A stretch of 46,257 bases of DNA from contig JACRBD010000347.1 in assembly GCA_016234625.1 (NCBI GenBank), positions 1 through 46,257 of the forward strand, given 5' to 3'. Position numbers and translations under genes: made by a program. The notes under the pieces were generated by a model. That model did not search any database. It was not told the DNA's origin and saw only the letters and a list, made by a program, of their open reading frames with translations. Numbering within the stretch: position 1 is the stretch's first letter; each line of letters opens with the position of its first letter. The DNA comes from Caulobacterales bacterium (lineage in GTDB: Bacteria > Pseudomonadota > Alphaproteobacteria > Caulobacterales > Caulobacteraceae). Below, piece by piece: positions 29,115 to 38,870 of the stretch.

Positions 29115-29480
29115 TGCGCTGAGGCCAGTGCCGCCGTGCAGGGATTGCTCCTCAACACGCCATCAAGCTCGTCGGCCAGACCGACGTGGTGTTCGTCGAT
29201 GTCCGGGAGCCGTCAGAGGTCGCGAACTCCGGCTCGGTGGACGGTGCGATCAATGTGCCGCGCGGCCTGCTGGAGTTTCAAGCCGACCCGGAGAGCCTGA
29301 GCCACAGGGCGGAACTCTCCAGGGGCGCGCGCATCGTGCTTTGTTGTGGCTCAGGGGCTCGCTCGGCCCTGGCGGCCAAAACACTGCAGGACATGGGTGT
29401 TGCGATCGTCGCCCACGTCCCGGGCGGATTTTTTGGCCCTTAAAAGCGCTGGCGTTCCCATCAAAGAGAACGGCTGAGTG
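29115..29480 (+). pseudogene. Rhodanese-domain protein, decayed
   Basis: FVDVREPSE, GAINVPRGLLEF and CGSGARSALAA active-site loop. Frameshifts at both ends; no proper start. Confidence 0.75.
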
Positions 29481-29655
29481 GTCCGCTGAGCCGCCCCCGT
29501 ATTCCGGACGAAGATCTTGTCCACAAGCCTGAAACGGCAGTCGCCGTCCAACAGCCCCTCCAGGCCCGGGTCAACAGAGGGGGCGGACGCCCGCGCCCCT
29601 TCAGATCAGCAATTCATCCTCGGAGAGCAGACGCATTCACGGATGACAACGCCAT

Positions 29656-30138
29656 CTACGGATGGATGTAGACGAACCCCTGACCTTGCAGGCGCGCGAC
29701 CTCCGCCACGCCGCTCGGCACGATGTCGGCGTCGCCTACACCGTACAGATCGGCCGGCGTGATGTTCATAGCCCGCAGCGTATTGCGACAGATGAGAAAC
29801 CGCACGCGCTTGGCCTTCAGGGCGTCGATGGCCTTGGCGAGTTCCGGATCGGTCTGCGCCATCTGGAAGGCCTTCACGCCGCCGGCGAAACTCACCACGC
29901 GGATTTCGACATTGCCCCCGGTGGCGGCGATGTGCGCGTCAATGTTGCGCAACAGCCTCCGGAAATAGGCCCCGTCGTCAGGAAGGCCGCCCGAGTTCTG
30001 GTAAACGACCTTCTGGAAGATGTAGTAGTCGGCGGCGGGCGCCGCCGTCATCGGGTCGGTTTCGGTTCGCGCCAGGGAGCTGGTCGAGGCGAAGACCGTC
30101 GTCAGACCGAGGGCCGCTATCAGAACAAAATACCTCAT
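29656..30138 (-). CDS. Exported DsrE-family protein
   Basis: Signal peptide; KVVYQ, RFLICRNTL, VPSGVAEVARLQGQGFVYIHP. Confidence 0.82.
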   Translation of the reverse strand: MRYFVLIAALGLTTVFASTSSLARTETDPMTAAPAADYYIFQKVVYQNSGGLPDDGAYFRRLLRNIDAHIAATGGNVEIRVVSFAGGVKAFQMAQTDPELAKAIDALKAKRVRFLICRNTLRAMNITPADLYGVGDADIVPSGVAEVARLQGQGFVYIHP

Positions 30139-30206
30139 TGGGTTCCATTTCTTGGGTTGGAGGTTCGGGTAAGTGGGGTGTGGTGTTGGGGTCTTCAGTT
30201 CTGTGG

Positions 30207-30923
30207 TCAGTACCGCGTCGTCGGGGCCGTGAGCCAGTAGGGAGACAGCCCGACCAGGACTGTTTCGATCCGCTTGTCCAGACCGGTGAGCACCATCAGC
30301 CCGATGGCGAGCGTGGCCCAGCCCATGACTAGCCGGGCGCCCTTGCTGGCGGCGGCGAGGCCCTGCCGCGTTCCGGTCATCCAGCGCCGCGCGCCGTAGC
30401 CCATGGCGGCCAGCGGCAGGGCGGCGCCAAGGCCGAACACCAGCATGGTCAGCCCCGCCTGGAACAGGTCGCGCCCCTGCGCGGCGAGCAGAGAGGCCGC
30501 CCCGAGCGTCGGCCCCACGCAGGGACTCCATGCCGCGCCCAGGAGGGCGCCGAGCATGAACTGTCCCCCGACACCGCCGCCGACGGCGCCCGCGGCGACA
30601 TTCGCGCGGTCAGCGAGGGGCCGCAGCAGGCGTTCAAAGGCCCGCGCAAGCTGGGGCACGACCAACACCGCGCCGACCACGGTGAGCGCTACACCGGCGA
30701 TCGGGCGCGCGATCTCGGCGTCGAAGCCGAGGCTGACCGAAGCCGCCGCCAGCAGCGAGCCGCCCAGCGCGAACGCTGTCGCCAGCCCGGCGGCCAGGGC
30801 GGCAGGACCCCATCGTCCCGCGCTCCTCGCCGAGCTCGCCACGATGGGCAGGATCGGCAGGACGCAGGGCGAGAGGACCGAAAGAACGCCGGCCAGCAGG
30901 GCCAGCGGGAGGACAGCGAACAT
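30207..30923 (-). CDS. CcdA/DsbD-beta membrane disulfide reductase
   Basis: LSPCVLPILP and WSPCVGPTLG. Confidence 0.9.
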   Translation of the reverse strand: MFAVLPLALLAGVLSVLSPCVLPILPIVASSARSAGRWGPAALAAGLATAFALGGSLLAAASVSLGFDAEIARPIAGVALTVVGAVLVVPQLARAFERLLRPLADRANVAAGAVGGGVGGQFMLGALLGAAWSPCVGPTLGAASLLAAQGRDLFQAGLTMLVFGLGAALPLAAMGYGARRWMTGTRQGLAAASKGARLVMGWATLAIGLMVLTGLDKRIETVLVGLSPYWLTAPTTRY

Positions 30924-31318
30924 CAGCGGCCCAACGTCTTGTCCAATATGGCCTCGATGGCGTCCGGGCTGGTCTGGCCCATGGACCGCCCCGCTTCCTG
31001 GCCTCCAGCATAAGCGATCAGGGTGCTCTGCCTGCCGACGCCCAAGGCCTTGCGTTCGGCCTTCTGTCTGTCGAAATCCAGCGTCAGGACCAGCAGTCTG
31101 GCGTACTTGGCGCGGGCGGCGGCGGATCGGATCAACGGAGCCTGGGCGCGACACACCGGACACCAGTCGGCGTGAACATGGACCAGGACTGGCCGGCCTT
31201 GTGCCCGGGCCGCCTGCAGCGCGGCGGCAGAGTAGGGCTGGAATTCCGCGGCGAAGGCGGGCGCGGAAATGGCGACGACGGCGGCGAACGCGGCCAGTCC
31301 GGGGATGGCGAGCTTCAT
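30923..31318 (-). CDS. Periplasmic thioredoxin-family protein
   Basis: Signal peptide; HADWCPVC; QSTLI. Confidence 0.88.
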   Translation of the reverse strand: MKLAIPGLAAFAAVVAISAPAFAAEFQPYSAAALQAARAQGRPVLVHVHADWCPVCRAQAPLIRSAAARAKYARLLVLTLDFDRQKAERKALGVGRQSTLIAYAGGQEAGRSMGQTSPDAIEAILDKTLGR

Positions 31319-31363
31319 GTCGATCTCTCCTGCGCGCGCCGTTCGACGCGCCATGAGGATCAT

Positions 31364-31389
31364 TTCGCTCGGCGACGGCCTGGGGTTAC
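31364..31389 (-). promoter_or_regulatory. SigF (ECF16) promoter for the trx-ccdA-dsrE operon
   Basis: GTAACC-N16-CGAA on the minus strand. Confidence 0.8.
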
Positions 31390-31417
31390 GGGTCCTTTGG
31401 AATAATTCGGCGGGGAC

Positions 31418-31443
31418 GTAACCTCCGCCACCTGGCCAGCGAA
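31418..31443 (+). promoter_or_regulatory. SigF (ECF16) autoregulatory promoter
   Basis: GTAACC-N16-CGAA, 13 nt before the sigma start. Confidence 0.8.
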
Positions 31444-31456
31444 ATATGAAGCAGGG

Positions 31457-31996
31457 ATGCCGAACGCCGAACTTGAGCCGAGACTCCGAATCCTCATGGT
31501 CGCCAGCCAGGCCGGGGACGCGGTCGCCCATCGCCTGTTGCTGGGCGCCCTGGCCGTCAGACTGCGCGCCTACTTTCGGCGCCGGATTGGGGCCAACGCC
31601 GCCGATGCGGAGGACCTGGTGCAAGAAACCCTACTTTCCGTTCATCACCGGCGCGACAGCTACCGGCCCAACCTGCCGCTCCTGGCCTGGGTGCACGCCA
31701 TCGCCCGCTACCGGCTGATCGATCACTATCGGCGCCAGGGGCGTCGTCGGGAGATCCGGCTGGAGGATGCCGCCGAGATCACGGCCTTCGACATCGCCCT
31801 CGATGATCGGCTCGACGCTGACCGCATGCTCTCGGCGCTCTCACCGCGGGACGAACGACTGGTGAGAGCAACGCGTATCGAGGGCCGTTCGGTGGCCGAG
31901 GCGGCAATGGACCAGGGGGTCACCGAGGGCGCGGCGAAGGTGGCCATTCACCGTGCGATGCGGCGGCTTGAAGCCTTGTTTGGAGGAAGTCGATGA
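31457..31996 (+). CDS. sigF: ECF sigma factor, SigF type
   Basis: AEDLVQETLL, WVHAIARYRLIDH, KVAIHRA; coupled to an NrsF gene. Confidence 0.85.
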   Translation: MPNAELEPRLRILMVASQAGDAVAHRLLLGALAVRLRAYFRRRIGANAADAEDLVQETLLSVHHRRDSYRPNLPLLAWVHAIARYRLIDHYRRQGRRREIRLEDAAEITAFDIALDDRLDADRMLSALSPRDERLVRATRIEGRSVAEAAMDQGVTEGAAKVAIHRAMRRLEALFGGSR

Positions 31997-32649
31997 AGAC
32001 CGATCAACTGATCGAAAACCTTTCGGCGTCGGTCGTTCCGGCATCTCCGCGCCGATTGACAGCCCGGATGGCGGCGGCGCTGGTGGTCGGAGGGCTGGCA
32101 GGCTTCGCCCTGACAGCCGGTTGGCTGGGACTGGAAGCGCTCCCGGCGCTGACCGCCAAGCCGTTCTTCTGGCTTCGGCTGGCGCTTCTTGCTGGCCTGG
32201 TCGGCGCGCTCCTGCCGGTGGCGGAAACTCTCTCTCGCCCGGCGGCACGCCCCATCCTGTGGCCGCTCGCGGCGATGGTTGGGCTCATGGTCGCGCTCGC
32301 GGCGGTCCAGCTGGGGGCGGCGGACAGGACCAGCTGGTCAACCCTTGTTATGGGCTCCAGCTGGAAGGCTTGTCCCTATCGCGTTGCGGCCATCGCCCTG
32401 TGCGCGTTTCCGTCCTTTGCGCTGGCAATGCGCAGTGGCGCGCCGACCAGCCCCTCGCGAGCCGGCGGGGCGGCGGGGGCCCTTGCCGGAGCCTCGGGCG
32501 CGGTGCTCTACGCCTTGGTCTGTCACGAACCCGGTTTAGCGTTCGTGGTGTTATGGTACGGCGCGGGGATCGCGCTGACGGCGACGGCCGGTGCGCTCAT
32601 CGGCCCCTGGATCCTCCGATGGAGTGACCACCCTGGTCCGCGGGCTTGA
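31993..32649 (+). CDS. nrsF: Anti-sigma factor NrsF (DUF1109)
   Basis: MKTDQLIENL start, multiple TM segments, conserved Cys (KACP, LVCHE), FVVLWY. Confidence 0.87.
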   Translation: MKTDQLIENLSASVVPASPRRLTARMAAALVVGGLAGFALTAGWLGLEALPALTAKPFFWLRLALLAGLVGALLPVAETLSRPAARPILWPLAAMVGLMVALAAVQLGAADRTSWSTLVMGSSWKACPYRVAAIALCAFPSFALAMRSGAPTSPSRAGGAAGALAGASGAVLYALVCHEPGLAFVVLWYGAGIALTATAGALIGPWILRWSDHPGPRA

Positions 32650-33283
32650 TCTGTCCGTTGGGCCGGACGCCCAGGGCCTTGGCGATTTCGCTCCGCGGTA
32701 CCTGTCCGCGCGTCCGGGCCTTAATACGGCTCAGAGCAACCGGGGTTATTCCGATGAGGGCGGCAATTTCGGCTTGGCTCACTCGCGCCGCGACGTCGGG
32801 CCGGCGAGCCAGGAGCCCGCGCCAACGCTCTTCCGCCGACAGGGTCAGGAACTCGAACTCTCTCTGCTCCTTGAGCCGCGCGAGCTCAGCAAACAGCTTG
32901 CGGGCGACACGTTCCCAAACGATGTGGCGGGCCATTAGCCGCTGAACCGCCGGATAGGGCAGGATCTCGAGCCCGACCTCGGTGAGCGCGGTGGCGGAGA
33001 AGGTCGTCGCGCCGCCGGCCAGCGCCGTCGCGCTCGCGACCAGGTCGCCCTCAAGGAGGATCGACTTCGAAAAACGGCGGCCGTCTTCATGCTCGTAGGC
33101 CAGACGCACAACGCCGCGCCGCAGGAAACGCAGGATCTGGTCGGGCGAGCCCTGGCCGAAGATCTGTTCGCCGCGCCGGTAGGCCCGAGGCGTGATCGAC
33201 CGGGCCAGCATCTCCCACTCCGGCAGGCTATCCTCGGCCAGATGTTCGAGAAGCGCGCGCACCGTCGTTGGATCACTCGCCAA
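32597..33283 (-). CDS. Crp/Fnr family regulator
   Basis: cNMP-binding fold (GVVR...EGDLV), SAEERW, IAALIGITPVALSRIK HTH. Confidence 0.85.
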   Translation of the reverse strand: MASDPTTVRALLEHLAEDSLPEWEMLARSITPRAYRRGEQIFGQGSPDQILRFLRRGVVRLAYEHEDGRRFSKSILLEGDLVASATALAGGATTFSATALTEVGLEILPYPAVQRLMARHIVWERVARKLFAELARLKEQREFEFLTLSAEERWRGLLARRPDVAARVSQAEIAALIGITPVALSRIKARTRGQVPRSEIAKALGVRPNGQIKPADQGGHSIGGSRGR

Positions 33284-33370
33284 GTCTTAACTCCGGATAA
33301 TGCGGCCCGGCGGGCCCATTGCTATCGACTCCGGCCGACAACATACGCCGAGCAGAGCGCTGGAACCTAC

Positions 33371-34086
33371 ATGAAGATCAATGGATTGGTCGTGGTGACC
33401 GGCGGGACCTCGGGAATCGGCCTGGCCCTCGTGGGCCTGCTGGCGCGGGCGCGGACGCGTGTCCTGACCTGTTCGCGCCATCGCGAGCAGCTAGACACGC
33501 TGATGCGCCTTCATCCCGGCGTGGAGGGGCGGGTGGTGAATGTGGGCGACCCTGCGGCCGTGGACCATTTCGCCCGTGAGGCGGCGAACGCGCCAGGCCT
33601 CGTCGGCTTGATCAACAACGCCGCCGGCCAAGACAACCTGTCGCTGGCCGACTAGGCCTCGACCGTGAGATCCGGACGAATCTGACCGCCACCGCCATCC
33701 TCACCGCGCGCCTCGTGCCGCATCTGCCGGACGACGGCGGCTTCATCGTCAACCTCACCAGTGGCCTGGCCATAGCCCCCAAATCGTCGGCGGCGGTCTA
33801 TTGCGCGACGAAGGCCGCGTTGAGGAACCTGACGGTGGGCGCGCGCAACCAGATGGCGCTGGCCTGTCGGTCGCTCCGGATCGTTGACGTCGTCTTACCC
33901 CTGGTGGACACGCCCATGACGAAAGGCCGCGGCGGGGGCAAGATCGGCCCCGACGCAGCCGCCAGGCGGATCTTCCGCGCCATCATCCGCCAGGAGGAGG
34001 AGGTCTATGTCGGCCGCGCCGCGCTGTTGCACGGCATCGACCGCTTCGCGCCCGGCCTTGCCCGGCGGATTATGAGCCGGGGCTAG
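33371..34086 (+). pseudogene. Short-chain dehydrogenase/reductase, disrupted
   Basis: TGGTSGIG and LINNAA, then a stop at 33653-33655; YCATK and VDTPMT lie in the downstream ORF. Confidence 0.8.
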
Positions 34087-34314
34087 CCTTGAACCCTGGG
34101 TCGGCGAAGGGGGCGAATCGGCACTGAAAAAGCCCACCCGAGACCAAATTTAAGTCATTGAGTTGTACGATAAATGGGACAGAAGTGGCGCTAGGGCCGG
34201 TACCGATCTCGGCCTCAATGACGATCTTGTCTTTCCAGCGAGCTCATCATTCCGGTATGCGTCCGGGTCGCGGATCCACTTCAGCGCCTATTCAAGCTCG
34301 TCGCCTTCGGGGCC

Positions 34315-36138
34315 TCAGCGACCGGCTGGGCTTCTGGCTCCCGCCGGTGCGAACGGGATTGCTAGGTGACCAATACCCTGTTCAGCGTTCACCGATTCTA
34401 GGACCGCCTCGATAGCGGCGAACAGCTTGTGTGCTTCGACCGGCTTGTTCACCAAGGCCTGCATTCCCGCAGCTCGGCATTGGTCGACGTGGTCTGCGGA
34501 CGAAGACGCCGTCAGCGCGATAACGGGCGTGTGTCGATTCATCCCGTTTGAACCTCGTAGCCGCCGCACCGCTTCCACGCCACCCATTACCGGCATGTTC
34601 ATATCCATTAGCACGACATCGAATTCGCTGATCGACAAGATTTCCAAGGCGGCCTGACCGTCTTGGGCGGCAACGACCTGGCTGCAGTAGGGCCGCAACA
34701 TCAGACCAAACGCTCGGCGATTGATCTCATGATCGTCGACGATCAAGACCCTGAGATCCATGCTAGGCGCCACCGGTTGCTCGTAGCCCTCCGGCTCGAA
34801 GCTCCCGTCGAGCCTTGCGAGCGGCAGCTTCAATGAGAAGGTAGTGCCTGCGCCAGCGTTGCTGACCACCGCCAAGTCCCCCCCCATCAACTCCGCCAAC
34901 TGCCGACTGATGCACAGTCCAAGCCCGGTGCCGCCATGAGTACGGGCCGTGCTCGCGTCCAGTTGCTCGAACGCGACAAAGAGGCGTTCGAGCTGATCGG
35001 GGGTCATTCCGGGGCCTGTATCAGCCACCTCGACCTGCAGGAGTTCCCCGCGGGGGTCTACGCGCGTTGTGACCCGTACCACAACCCCGCCATCGTCGGT
35101 GAACTTGATCGCATTCGAAAGCAGGTTGTTGAATATCTGTCGAAGTCGGATGCGGTCACCCCGAGCCCAGCCAAGCATGACTCCGGCCTCCAGCCGGAGT
35201 GAAATGCCCTTCTTGTGCGCCTCAGCGGACCAGAATCTCACGGTGTCTTCCACCAGTGCTTGAAGGTCGTAGGGGACATCTTCTGTCGTCAGCCGGCCCG
35301 CTTCGATCTTGGACATGTCCAGCAGGTCGTTGAGCAGGCTTTGCATCATGCGGGCGGAGTCAAGGATGAGGCCCGCACCGGAACGATCGCTAGCGTCGCG
35401 AGATCGGCCCTCGACCGCGGCCGCGCCCGCCAGAATGGCGCTAAGTGGCGTGCGGAGTTCATGGCTAACCATCGCGACGAATGCTGACTTCGCGGTGGTG
35501 GCGGCCTGCGCCTGCGCCTTGGCCTCGCGCTCGGCCGCCAGGATCTTCTGATAGAGTCGCCAAGCCAACAATGCGGCTGTGACGTTCAACCCCGCCGTGA
35601 CGGCCAAAGCAACCGCCTGGCCGAGCGACGCGCCGAGAGGCATGGCAAGGAGGGCGAGAATGACAAAGTAGCCGATCTGCGGCAGGAGGGCGGCGGTGAA
35701 CACCGGGCGGCAACCCACGCTGGTCAAGACAGCGTTCAAAATCGCGCCCGACACCCACAGCGCGCCGCAGGCCACCCCCCAAGGTCCGCCGAAAACGGCC
35801 GCGACAACGCCAAACGAACCGAAGATCACTCCATTTGCAGCCACAACTGCCAGGGCGGCGCTCCGCCAGCGCGCATCATCCATCCGACGCTCAATCAGCA
35901 CGCGGGGAAAAATCCCGACTTCAATCGCCTGCAACAGGAAGTAGCCGAGCACCCACGCCGCAGCAGCCACGAGCGAGCCGGTAAAACTGACGTAGATCGG
36001 CGCGACGATCACCGGAAGCGATAGACGCATGACTATCTGTTGCCGTCGGGTCGAAATGACGGCGGCGAACTGCTGATCAGTTTCCGGTGATGAGCTTCTC
36101 ATCGATCCGTCTTTCCTCGTTGGACGATCGATGGTCAC
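34315..36138 (-). CDS. Membrane-bound hybrid sensor histidine kinase/response regulator
   Basis: TM region, SHELRTPL, NLLSNAIKFT, DTGPG, GTGLGL, receiver VDDHEIN...MDMNMP...KP. Start uncertain. Confidence 0.92.
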   Translation of the reverse strand: MTIDRPTRKDGSMRSSSPETDQQFAAVISTRRQQIVMRLSLPVIVAPIYVSFTGSLVAAAAWVLGYFLLQAIEVGIFPRVLIERRMDDARWRSAALAVVAANGVIFGSFGVVAAVFGGPWGVACGALWVSGAILNAVLTSVGCRPVFTAALLPQIGYFVILALLAMPLGASLGQAVALAVTAGLNVTAALLAWRLYQKILAAEREAKAQAQAATTAKSAFVAMVSHELRTPLSAILAGAAAVEGRSRDASDRSGAGLILDSARMMQSLLNDLLDMSKIEAGRLTTEDVPYDLQALVEDTVRFWSAEAHKKGISLRLEAGVMLGWARGDRIRLRQIFNNLLSNAIKFTDDGGVVVRVTTRVDPRGELLQVEVADTGPGMTPDQLERLFVAFEQLDASTARTHGGTGLGLCISRQLAELMGGDLAVVSNAGAGTTFSLKLPLARLDGSFEPEGYEQPVAPSMDLRVLIVDDHEINRRAFGLMLRPYCSQVVAAQDGQAALEILSISEFDVVLMDMNMPVMGGVEAVRRLRGSNGMNRHTPVIALTASSSADHVDQCRAAGMQALVNKPVEAHKLFAAIEAVLESVNAEQGIGHLAIPFAPAGARSPAGR

Positions 36139-36362
36139 CCTATATGCACAAAACCCATGTTTGGTTAACGCTCCCCGGGCCGTCCGCTGCCTTGGACTAT
36201 CCTTCGGCGATGTTTGCCCCCGACCGTTTCCCGCACCTTAGTACCGGCTCCCTTCCGGGGCGCCTCCGGACGTCGCGACCGAAATGTCGTGGGTACATGC
36301 GGCTGTTCAGGCGAGCGGCATCCCGGTGCATGGAGCAGTCAGAGCGCCGACCAGGCGGCCCG

Positions 36363-36920
36363 CTACGCCATGCCACCGCACGGGGTCTTGTCAGCCTTGA
36401 TCCGCTGCTCGGGCGTCAGGACGCGATAGAGGCCCGACACTGCCACCCTGACCTTGTGGATGGCCTTCAGGTGCGCCTTCATCATCATCTCGTGGTGCGC
36501 CAGGCGGTCGGGGAGCGGCTTCGACATCATCATCGCCATCATGCCGTCGCCGCCCATCATCCCCTGCATGGAGTCCGGCTTCATGGGCATTGTCATGCCG
36601 GCGGGCATGGGATGCGCATCGGCCTTCACGGCGGCCGCGAAGGCGTTCCAAGCCTTGAGTTGCTTGTCGGTGATGTTCAGCTCGGCCTTGAGCACCGACA
36701 AGCGCTCATCAGACAGGGTCATGCAATGCATAGCCCCCATGTTCATCATCCCGCCCATCATGCCGCTCTTCGCAGCGGGGGCGGCAGGACTGGCCGGCGC
36801 GTCCGCCTGATCGGGAGCGGGGGTGTGGACGTGGGGCGGCGAAGGTTGTTCGGCCGCATAGGCCGAAGTGGCCAGCCCGAGGGCGGCGGCGAGCAGCAGC
36901 GGCTTGAATGACATGCGCAT
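36363..36920 (-). CDS. Met-rich Spy/CpxP (LTXXQ) periplasmic protein
   Basis: Signal peptide, LNITDKQ and LTPEQR motifs, Met-rich linkers. Confidence 0.8.
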   Translation of the reverse strand: MRMSFKPLLLAAALGLATSAYAAEQPSPPHVHTPAPDQADAPASPAAPAAKSGMMGGMMNMGAMHCMTLSDERLSVLKAELNITDKQLKAWNAFAAAVKADAHPMPAGMTMPMKPDSMQGMMGGDGMMAMMMSKPLPDRLAHHEMMMKAHLKAIHKVRVAVSGLYRVLTPEQRIKADKTPCGGMA

Positions 36921-37069
36921 GGTTCTCTGCTTTCTGGACCAGGCTGATCCGATCAGTGAAGTATTCACCAACCCGCCCCTGCGTCCTTGACTTGTCGCAA
37001 ACGCCTTCCCTGAGCGTTGCGTTCCGGGTCGGAGCATTGGCGGGCTTGGCCGTTCATCGCGTTGCATCG

Positions 37070-38170
37070 TCAAATCACGGGTTCATGGGGCGGCTCCGAT
37101 TGTGGTTTCCGCGAGAATGGGTCGTTGGCGCGCATCCAGTTTCGCGCGGGACGTTCGACCAGGTGATAGGTCGCCATCGAAACGAGCAGGGTCGCTACGA
37201 AGACGCCGACCCAGGCGACCCAGGCAGCCGCACCCGTCACACCGGGCGCCAGCCGGTCGAGTGTATGGAAGTAGGCAATGTCGACCGGCAGGTGGGTCAT
37301 GTAGACCGAGTAGGAGACCTCGCCGAGGTAAACCAGCCAGGCGGCGCTCATGATCCCGCGCGAGCTGGTCTTGGAGGCCTCCGCCAACGAAAAGATCAAC
37401 AGCCCGAACGCGGGCCAGATCGCGGCGTCGCTGAGGCCGAGCGAGGCGGCGATGACGATCCAGCCCACGGCCGCCCCCGCGCCGCCCAGGGCGAGCCAGC
37501 GGGGCAGGGAGACGGTTCTGCCGAGCTGATAGAGGGCCGCGCCCAACAGGAAGGCCGGAATGATCCGGATAAAGCCCAGCCGCGTCACCTCCGGCAGCGG
37601 CAGGCCATGGCTTTCCACCGCCCAGAACATCAGGGCGAAAACGCCCAGCGCGACGACGACGGCCGCCCAGGCCGCCCGCCTGAACGCGAGCACCAGCACC
37701 GCCGCCGCCGGAAAGGCCAGATAGGCGAACCACTCGGCCGAGATCGACCAGGAAGGGAAGTTCCACTGCACGAACGGGGTCGTGCCCCAGGCGTGGATCA
37801 GCAGCAGGTGTTGCGGAAGGACCGCTGGGTCGAAGGCGACGGGATCGAAGGTGGCGCCCATCTTCATGCCGACCAGCCAGATGGCGATGGTCGCCGCCAG
37901 GGTCACCAGATGGACCGGATAGATGCGCGACAGGCGCGCCCACAAAAAGGAGCCGTAGTTAAACTGCTTGGCTTCGAACCGACCGAGATAGACGTGGCTC
38001 AGGATGAAGCCGGACAGGATAAAGAACAGGTCCACGCCGAGGTAGCCCTTGGCGATCAGGCCGAGCCGGTCGACGTCCAGTCCGAGGTGGTCACGGAAGT
38101 GGTAGGCCAGCACCCAGACCGCCGCCACGATCCGCAACGAAGTCAGCGGCCGGATATCGTTTGGATACAT
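37070..38170 (-). CDS. Acyltransferase-3 (OafA-like) membrane protein
   Basis: LTSLR, GVDLFFILSGF, WSISAEW, LGEVSYSVYMTH, YHLVERP. Confidence 0.9.
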   Translation of the reverse strand: MYPNDIRPLTSLRIVAAVWVLAYHFRDHLGLDVDRLGLIAKGYLGVDLFFILSGFILSHVYLGRFEAKQFNYGSFLWARLSRIYPVHLVTLAATIAIWLVGMKMGATFDPVAFDPAVLPQHLLLIHAWGTTPFVQWNFPSWSISAEWFAYLAFPAAAVLVLAFRRAAWAAVVVALGVFALMFWAVESHGLPLPEVTRLGFIRIIPAFLLGAALYQLGRTVSLPRWLALGGAGAAVGWIVIAASLGLSDAAIWPAFGLLIFSLAEASKTSSRGIMSAAWLVYLGEVSYSVYMTHLPVDIAYFHTLDRLAPGVTGAAAWVAWVGVFVATLLVSMATYHLVERPARNWMRANDPFSRKPQSEPPHEPVI

Positions 38171-38238
38171 GCTTCGCCCCCGCGCGATCGCCAGTCCAGC
38201 GCGCCAGCTCGATGCGCGCACAGGTAGCCTTGAAGAGC

Positions 38239-38266
38239 TATACGGTTGGCGCGGGCCGACCCCTCA
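38239..38266 (-). promoter_or_regulatory. Putative CnrH-type ECF promoter (acyltransferase)
   Basis: TGAGGG-N16-CGTATA. Confidence 0.7.
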
Positions 38267-38317
38267 TGATCGAGATCGTCGGTATCCTGTATGGAAAGAC
38301 CTCCCCGTCCTCCTTCT

Positions 38318-38345
38318 TGAGGGAAAAGGGCCCTTTGTGCGTAGT
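38318..38345 (+). promoter_or_regulatory. Putative CnrH-type ECF promoter (cnrX-cnrH)
   Basis: TGAGGG-N16-CGTAGT. Confidence 0.65.
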
Positions 38346-38426
38346 ACAGTTGGGATGCAGGAAGGTCTGAGGGCATGGTCGTCGTAAGTCGTCACCCGTG
38401 CCAGCCATGTCCTCGGAGAGACGCTG

Positions 38427-38870
38427 ATGAAACCCGGACCGCGCAATCTGCTGATCACCTTGGTCCTCGCCGTCATTGCGGCAGGGGGAGGCGCCTGGCT
38501 TTGCGCCTATTATGTGATCAGCCACCGGGCGGGCGGACCTTCGCTGCACGAAATGGTCCACAGGGATCTGGACTTGACCTCGGAACAGGCCGGCGAGCTC
38601 GACGCCATCGAGGCAAAATACGCGGTCGAACGCAAGGCGCTGGAGGCGGACGTCCGTGCAGCCAACCGTGAGCTGGCCGACGCCATCCGCGAAGGCCACG
38701 AGGACTCGCCCAAGGTCGAGGCCGCCATCGACCACCTGCACATGGCCATGGGGGCGCTGCAGAAGGCGACCATCGCCCATGTGTTCGACATGCGGGCGGT
38801 GCTGACGCCGCGGCAGGCCAAGGCGTTCGACGCGGAAGTGATCGCGGCGCTGACCCAAGAGGATCGGTGA
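38427..38870 (+). CDS. Periplasmic heavy-metal sensor (CnrX/NccX-like)
   Basis: TM anchor, LHEMVHRDLDLT, LQKATIAHVFDMRAVLTP. Confidence 0.87.
   Translation: MKPGPRNLLITLVLAVIAAGGGAWLCAYYVISHRAGGPSLHEMVHRDLDLTSEQAGELDAIEAKYAVERKALEADVRAANRELADAIREGHEDSPKVEAAIDHLHMAMGALQKATIAHVFDMRAVLTPRQAKAFDAEVIAALTQEDR

Noticed and set aside
34140-34215. tRNA fragment or att core
   Set aside because: No recognisable T-arm or acceptor-stem sequence, and no matching direct repeat in the window.
36150-36170. CtrA site upstream of the hybrid kinase
   Set aside because: Only one TTAAC half-site; no TTAA-N7-TTAA.
36908-38227. 439-aa plus-strand ORF
   Set aside because: Antisense to the acyltransferase; composition is not protein-like.
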